From positions 687-58,038 of the forward strand of contig CAYODB010000001.1 in assembly GCA_964402495.1 (NCBI GenBank): a stretch of DNA of 57,352 nt. Direction: 5' to 3'. The stretch's first letter is position 1, and each line of letters begins with the position of its first letter. Shown here one piece after another: positions 54,784 to 57,352 of this stretch. The translations under genes were made by a program, and so were the position numbers. Source of the stretch: an uncultured Bordetella sp. Its GTDB lineage: Bacteria; Pseudomonadota; Gammaproteobacteria; Burkholderiales; JACQAP01. The notes beneath the pieces are model-generated. The model saw nothing but the letters and a program-made list of their open reading frames with translations, was not told where the DNA came from and did not search any database.

Positions 54784-55899
54784 GTGAACCGATCCCTGCT
54801 AGGTGGCTTGTCCGCGCCGGCGTTTCTGCGCCGGCACTGGCAAAAAACGCCGCTCCTTGTGCGCGGCGCGATGCCCGGATTCGGCGGCGTGCTCGACCTG
54901 CGCACAATGATCGACCTTACCGGCCGCGACGATTGCGAGTCCCGCCTCATCGTGCGCAACGGCCGGACCTGGACAGTCGAACACGGTCCGTTCCCGTCCT
55001 CGCGCTTCCGCCGCCTGCCGTCGAGCGACTGGACGCTGCTGGTTCAGGGCGTCGACCTGTTACTGCAGGAGGCGCGGCAGTTACTTTCGCACTTCAGCTT
55101 CATTCCCTACAGCCGGCTGGACGACCTGATGGTCAGCTATGCCCCGGACGGCGGAGGCGTCGGGCCGCACTTCGATTCCTACGATGTGTTCCTGCTGCAA
55201 GGCCCCGGCCGCAGGCGCTGGCAAGTCAGCCGCCAGCGCGACCTCGCGCTCAGGGAAGACATTCCCCTTAAGATTCTCAAGAGCTTCCGGCCCCAGGGCG
55301 AGGCCGTGCTCGAAGCGGGGGATATGCTCTATCTCCCGCCGCATTTCGCCCACGACGGGCAGGCAATCGGCGACTGTTACACCTATTCGATCGGCTTTCG
55401 CGCGCCGTCGCACAGGGAACTCGCCTCGGAGTTTCTGATGTTCCTGGAGGAAAAACTGCGGTTGCCGGGACGCTATGCGGATCCGGACCTCGTCATTCAG
55501 GATCATCCCGCGGAAATCGGCACGGCAATGATCCGCAAGATCGGCCGAGTGCTGCGCGGAATCCGCTGGACCAGCCAGGATACGGTCGATTTTCTCGGCA
55601 CGCACCTGACGGAACCCAAGCAGCAGGTACGCTTCAATCCACCGCCGCGTCCCCTCGCGTTCCACGCTTTTGTCCATGCGGCCCGCCGCTGCGGCGTGCG
55701 CCTGTCGCCCGGCTCGCAAATACTCTACAGCGGCGCGAAACTGTTCATCAATGGGGAGATCGCCTTTGCCGGACCGGGAGCACTGCGCAAGCTCGCGGAT
55801 GCCCGCGTCCTCAGCGGACGCAGGATACCGCTCGCTGGCGGGGCGGCCGAACTGCTTTACCAGTGGTATCGCGCCGGTTATATTTCCGTTATCGCCTGA
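54784..55899 (+). CDS. JmjC/cupin ribosomal oxygenase-like protein (RoxA/YcfD family)
   Basis: GTG start. FLRRHWQKTPLLVRGA, GGGVGPHFDSYDVFLLQGPGRRRW and YLPPHFAHDG give the HxD...H facial triad context. Confidence 0.8.
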   Translation: MNRSLLGGLSAPAFLRRHWQKTPLLVRGAMPGFGGVLDLRTMIDLTGRDDCESRLIVRNGRTWTVEHGPFPSSRFRRLPSSDWTLLVQGVDLLLQEARQLLSHFSFIPYSRLDDLMVSYAPDGGGVGPHFDSYDVFLLQGPGRRRWQVSRQRDLALREDIPLKILKSFRPQGEAVLEAGDMLYLPPHFAHDGQAIGDCYTYSIGFRAPSHRELASEFLMFLEEKLRLPGRYADPDLVIQDHPAEIGTAMIRKIGRVLRGIRWTSQDTVDFLGTHLTEPKQQVRFNPPPRPLAFHAFVHAARRCGVRLSPGSQILYSGAKLFINGEIAFAGPGALRKLADARVLSGRRIPLAGGAAELLYQWYRAGYISVIA

Positions 55900-55918
55900 A
55901 CAGATCTGTACACCGGAC

Positions 55919-56410
55919 ATGGCCGAAATCCACGCGCCCCAGCACACGCCAATTCTCGGCAATGCCGAATACGAGGCTGCGCTCGACACCATTATCGAGA
56001 AGGCGCAGAAAACCGTCCGTATTTTCGACAATTCCCTGGGCCGGGGCTACAACTCGCCCCGCAGATTCGAACTGCTGCGCGGATTCCTGCTCGCCAATCC
56101 GCGCAACCGCCTGCAGATCGTAGTCCATGATGTTCAGAGTCTGGACCGCAACTGCCCGCGCCTTCTCAACCTCCTGCGCATGCACACCCATGCCATCGCC
56201 ATCCACGAGACCCACCTGAACGCGAAAGCGGTCTACGACCCGTTCGCCATCGTCGACGATCTGCATTACGCCCATCGTTTTCATTTCGAGGAAATGCGCG
56301 GCCTGCTGGCGCTGGGCGACCCGATCGGCACGCATGCTTTCATCGAGCGCTTCGGCGAAATCTGGGAAGCGTCGTCGCCCGCGGTATCCGCCAAGACGCT
56401 CGGGCTTTGA
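55919..56410 (+). CDS. conserved hypothetical protein
   Basis: Start at MAEIHAP. 163 aa, no motif recognised. Follows the roxA-like gene by 20 nt. Confidence 0.6.
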   Translation: MAEIHAPQHTPILGNAEYEAALDTIIEKAQKTVRIFDNSLGRGYNSPRRFELLRGFLLANPRNRLQIVVHDVQSLDRNCPRLLNLLRMHTHAIAIHETHLNAKAVYDPFAIVDDLHYAHRFHFEEMRGLLALGDPIGTHAFIERFGEIWEASSPAVSAKTLGL

Positions 56411-56540
56411 ATCGAAAGACGAAGCATCGGCGGCTTCGCAGACGGGCATCCTCTGTTACAATCCGCGCCGGGTTGGCGGATGCCGTCCGGCGTTTACCAC
56501 CTGTTTCCCACCTGTAAAACTCATCAAGGACCTACCTACA

Positions 56541-56696
56541 ATCCTACGCACGCTTTTGGTTTCCGCCTTTCTCGCCATTGCCCTGACCGCATGCGCCAAG
56601 AAGGAAGAAGCAGCTCCCGCTCCCGCCGCAACGACGCCTGCTCCCGCCCCGGCAGATGCGGCCCCGGCAGCACAGGCACCCGCTTCCCAGTCCTGA
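56541..56696 (+). CDS. possible small Ala/Pro-rich lipoprotein (start codon uncertain)
   Basis: (I)LRTLLVSAFLAIALTAC|AKKEEAAPAPAATTPAPAPADAAPAAQAPASQS: a lipoprotein-type signal with an AAGGA 10 nt upstream, but only ATC (56541) or TTG (56556) are available as starts. A TACAAT -10-like box lies at about 56455, and a strong terminator follows. Confidence 0.35.
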   Translation: MLRTLLVSAFLAIALTACAKKEEAAPAPAATTPAPAPADAAPAAQAPASQS

Positions 56697-56726
56697 ACGC
56701 AATAAACAGCAGTCGGTTTTTGCAGT

Positions 56727-56765
56727 AATGAAGAAGCCGGTCTCACGACCGGCTTCTTCATTTTC
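56727..56765. terminator. bidirectional rho-independent terminator
   Basis: aatgaagaagccggtctcacgaccggcttcttcattttc. Confidence 0.75.
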
Positions 56766-56788
56766 AGGATCGCATTTTTTGCGCGCTG

Positions 56789-57352
56789 TCAGGTGATCTG
56801 GCGCCAGTCGAGTCCGGTGGCCTGGTCGGCCACGGCTATCCAGTCCGGTTCGCAACCGATGGCGGCGGACAGCGCAGCCCGCGCCAGTTCGGGCCGGTTG
56901 TTCTCCTGGCTGAGGTGCGCCGCCACCAGATGCTGGAGCTTGCCGTTGTCCAGCCGAGCGAGCAGACCCGCGGCCGTTACGTTGTCGAGATGGCCGAATT
57001 TTCCGGCAATGCGTTCGCGCAGCCGCCGCGGGTAGCTGCTTGACTGCAGCATTTCGATATCATGATTGCACTCCAGCACCAGCGCATGGCATTGCGACAG
57101 CATGGCTTCGATATGCGGCGTCGAGCATCCCGTGTCGGTGAGCACGCCCAGGCGGCGAACGCCATCGCCGAACACGTATTGGGCCGGCTCGCGCGCATCG
57201 TGGGGGACGGGGAAGGGTTGGATCTGCAGGTCGCCGACCGAGAACGCTTCGTAGCTGCCGATGACGTTGACGGTCTTGACGTCCGCAAACAGTGCCTCGA
57301 ATCCGTTGAGGGTTCCGTGAGTCAGCCACACGGGCAGCGCATGGCGCCGCGC
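56789..57352 (-). CDS. MBL-fold metallo-hydrolase (5' end beyond window edge)
   Basis: The ORF is open to the window edge. HDAREP, LTDTG, LECNHD and GHLDN are typical beta-lactamase-fold (PhnP/YycJ-like) motifs. Confidence 0.8.
   Translation of the reverse strand, partial: ARRHALPVWLTHGTLNGFEALFADVKTVNVIGSYEAFSVGDLQIQPFPVPHDAREPAQYVFGDGVRRLGVLTDTGCSTPHIEAMLSQCHALVLECNHDIEMLQSSSYPRRLRERIAGKFGHLDNVTAAGLLARLDNGKLQHLVAAHLSQENNRPELARAALSAAIGCEPDWIAVADQATGLDWRQIT

Noticed and set aside
56334-56696. The 120-aa ORF as called in the track.
   Set aside because: Its first 69 codons overlap the preceding gene out of frame and encode Arg/Ser/Pro-rich sequence. Only the C-terminal lipoprotein-like part looks real.

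Overview
GC-rich proteobacterial chromosomal window. The xseB-ispA-dxs-folE2 synteny looks betaproteobacterial, which is an inference only. It holds about 55 protein genes, mostly housekeeping and accessory metabolism, and I recognised no rRNA, tRNA or CRISPR.

Main blocks, left to right:
- Type III PKS plus methyltransferase operon, cut by the left edge.
- Fasciclin-TetR-fasciclin cassette flanked by two colinear IS1182-like transposase fragments.
- CitE-like lyase.
- A complete 'proteobacterial dedicated sortase system' (VIT/vWA target with an LPKTATP signal, sortase, OmpR-type regulator, histidine kinase). Its sortase carries an in-frame TAG between the catalytic His and Cys.
- marR-emrA-emrB-like efflux operon.
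- Enolase-superfamily gene plus a split UxaA-type dehydratase.
- HigB/HigA-like toxin-antitoxin pair.
- Large DUF1631 protein.
- Permease, HCCA isomerase, threonine dehydratase and an internally deleted cold-shock gene.
- MFS, aldo-keto reductase, FAH, Cho-like nuclease, hydrolase and AraD1 genes.
- folE2-dxs-ispA-xseB.
- Rieske oxygenase, rhodanese and a DUF2784 gene.
- A 627-nt ORF-less group II intron sitting just behind a bidirectional terminator.
- Cytochrome b561.
- A PQQ-centred region: an orphan second pqqA immediately upstream of a YncD/PqqU-like TonB-dependent receptor, a NarL-type two-component system, pip, tonB, pqqABCDE and a co-directional ABC-2 exporter.
- slyD, a roxA-like gene, and an MBL hydrolase cut by the right edge.

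Several families of intergenic palindromic repeats are also present.

All calls come from reading the translations and the DNA by eye. No homology search was run. Start codons were chosen by RBS, overlap and N-terminal logic and may be off. Many long ORFs in the track are antisense GC artefacts and were rejected.
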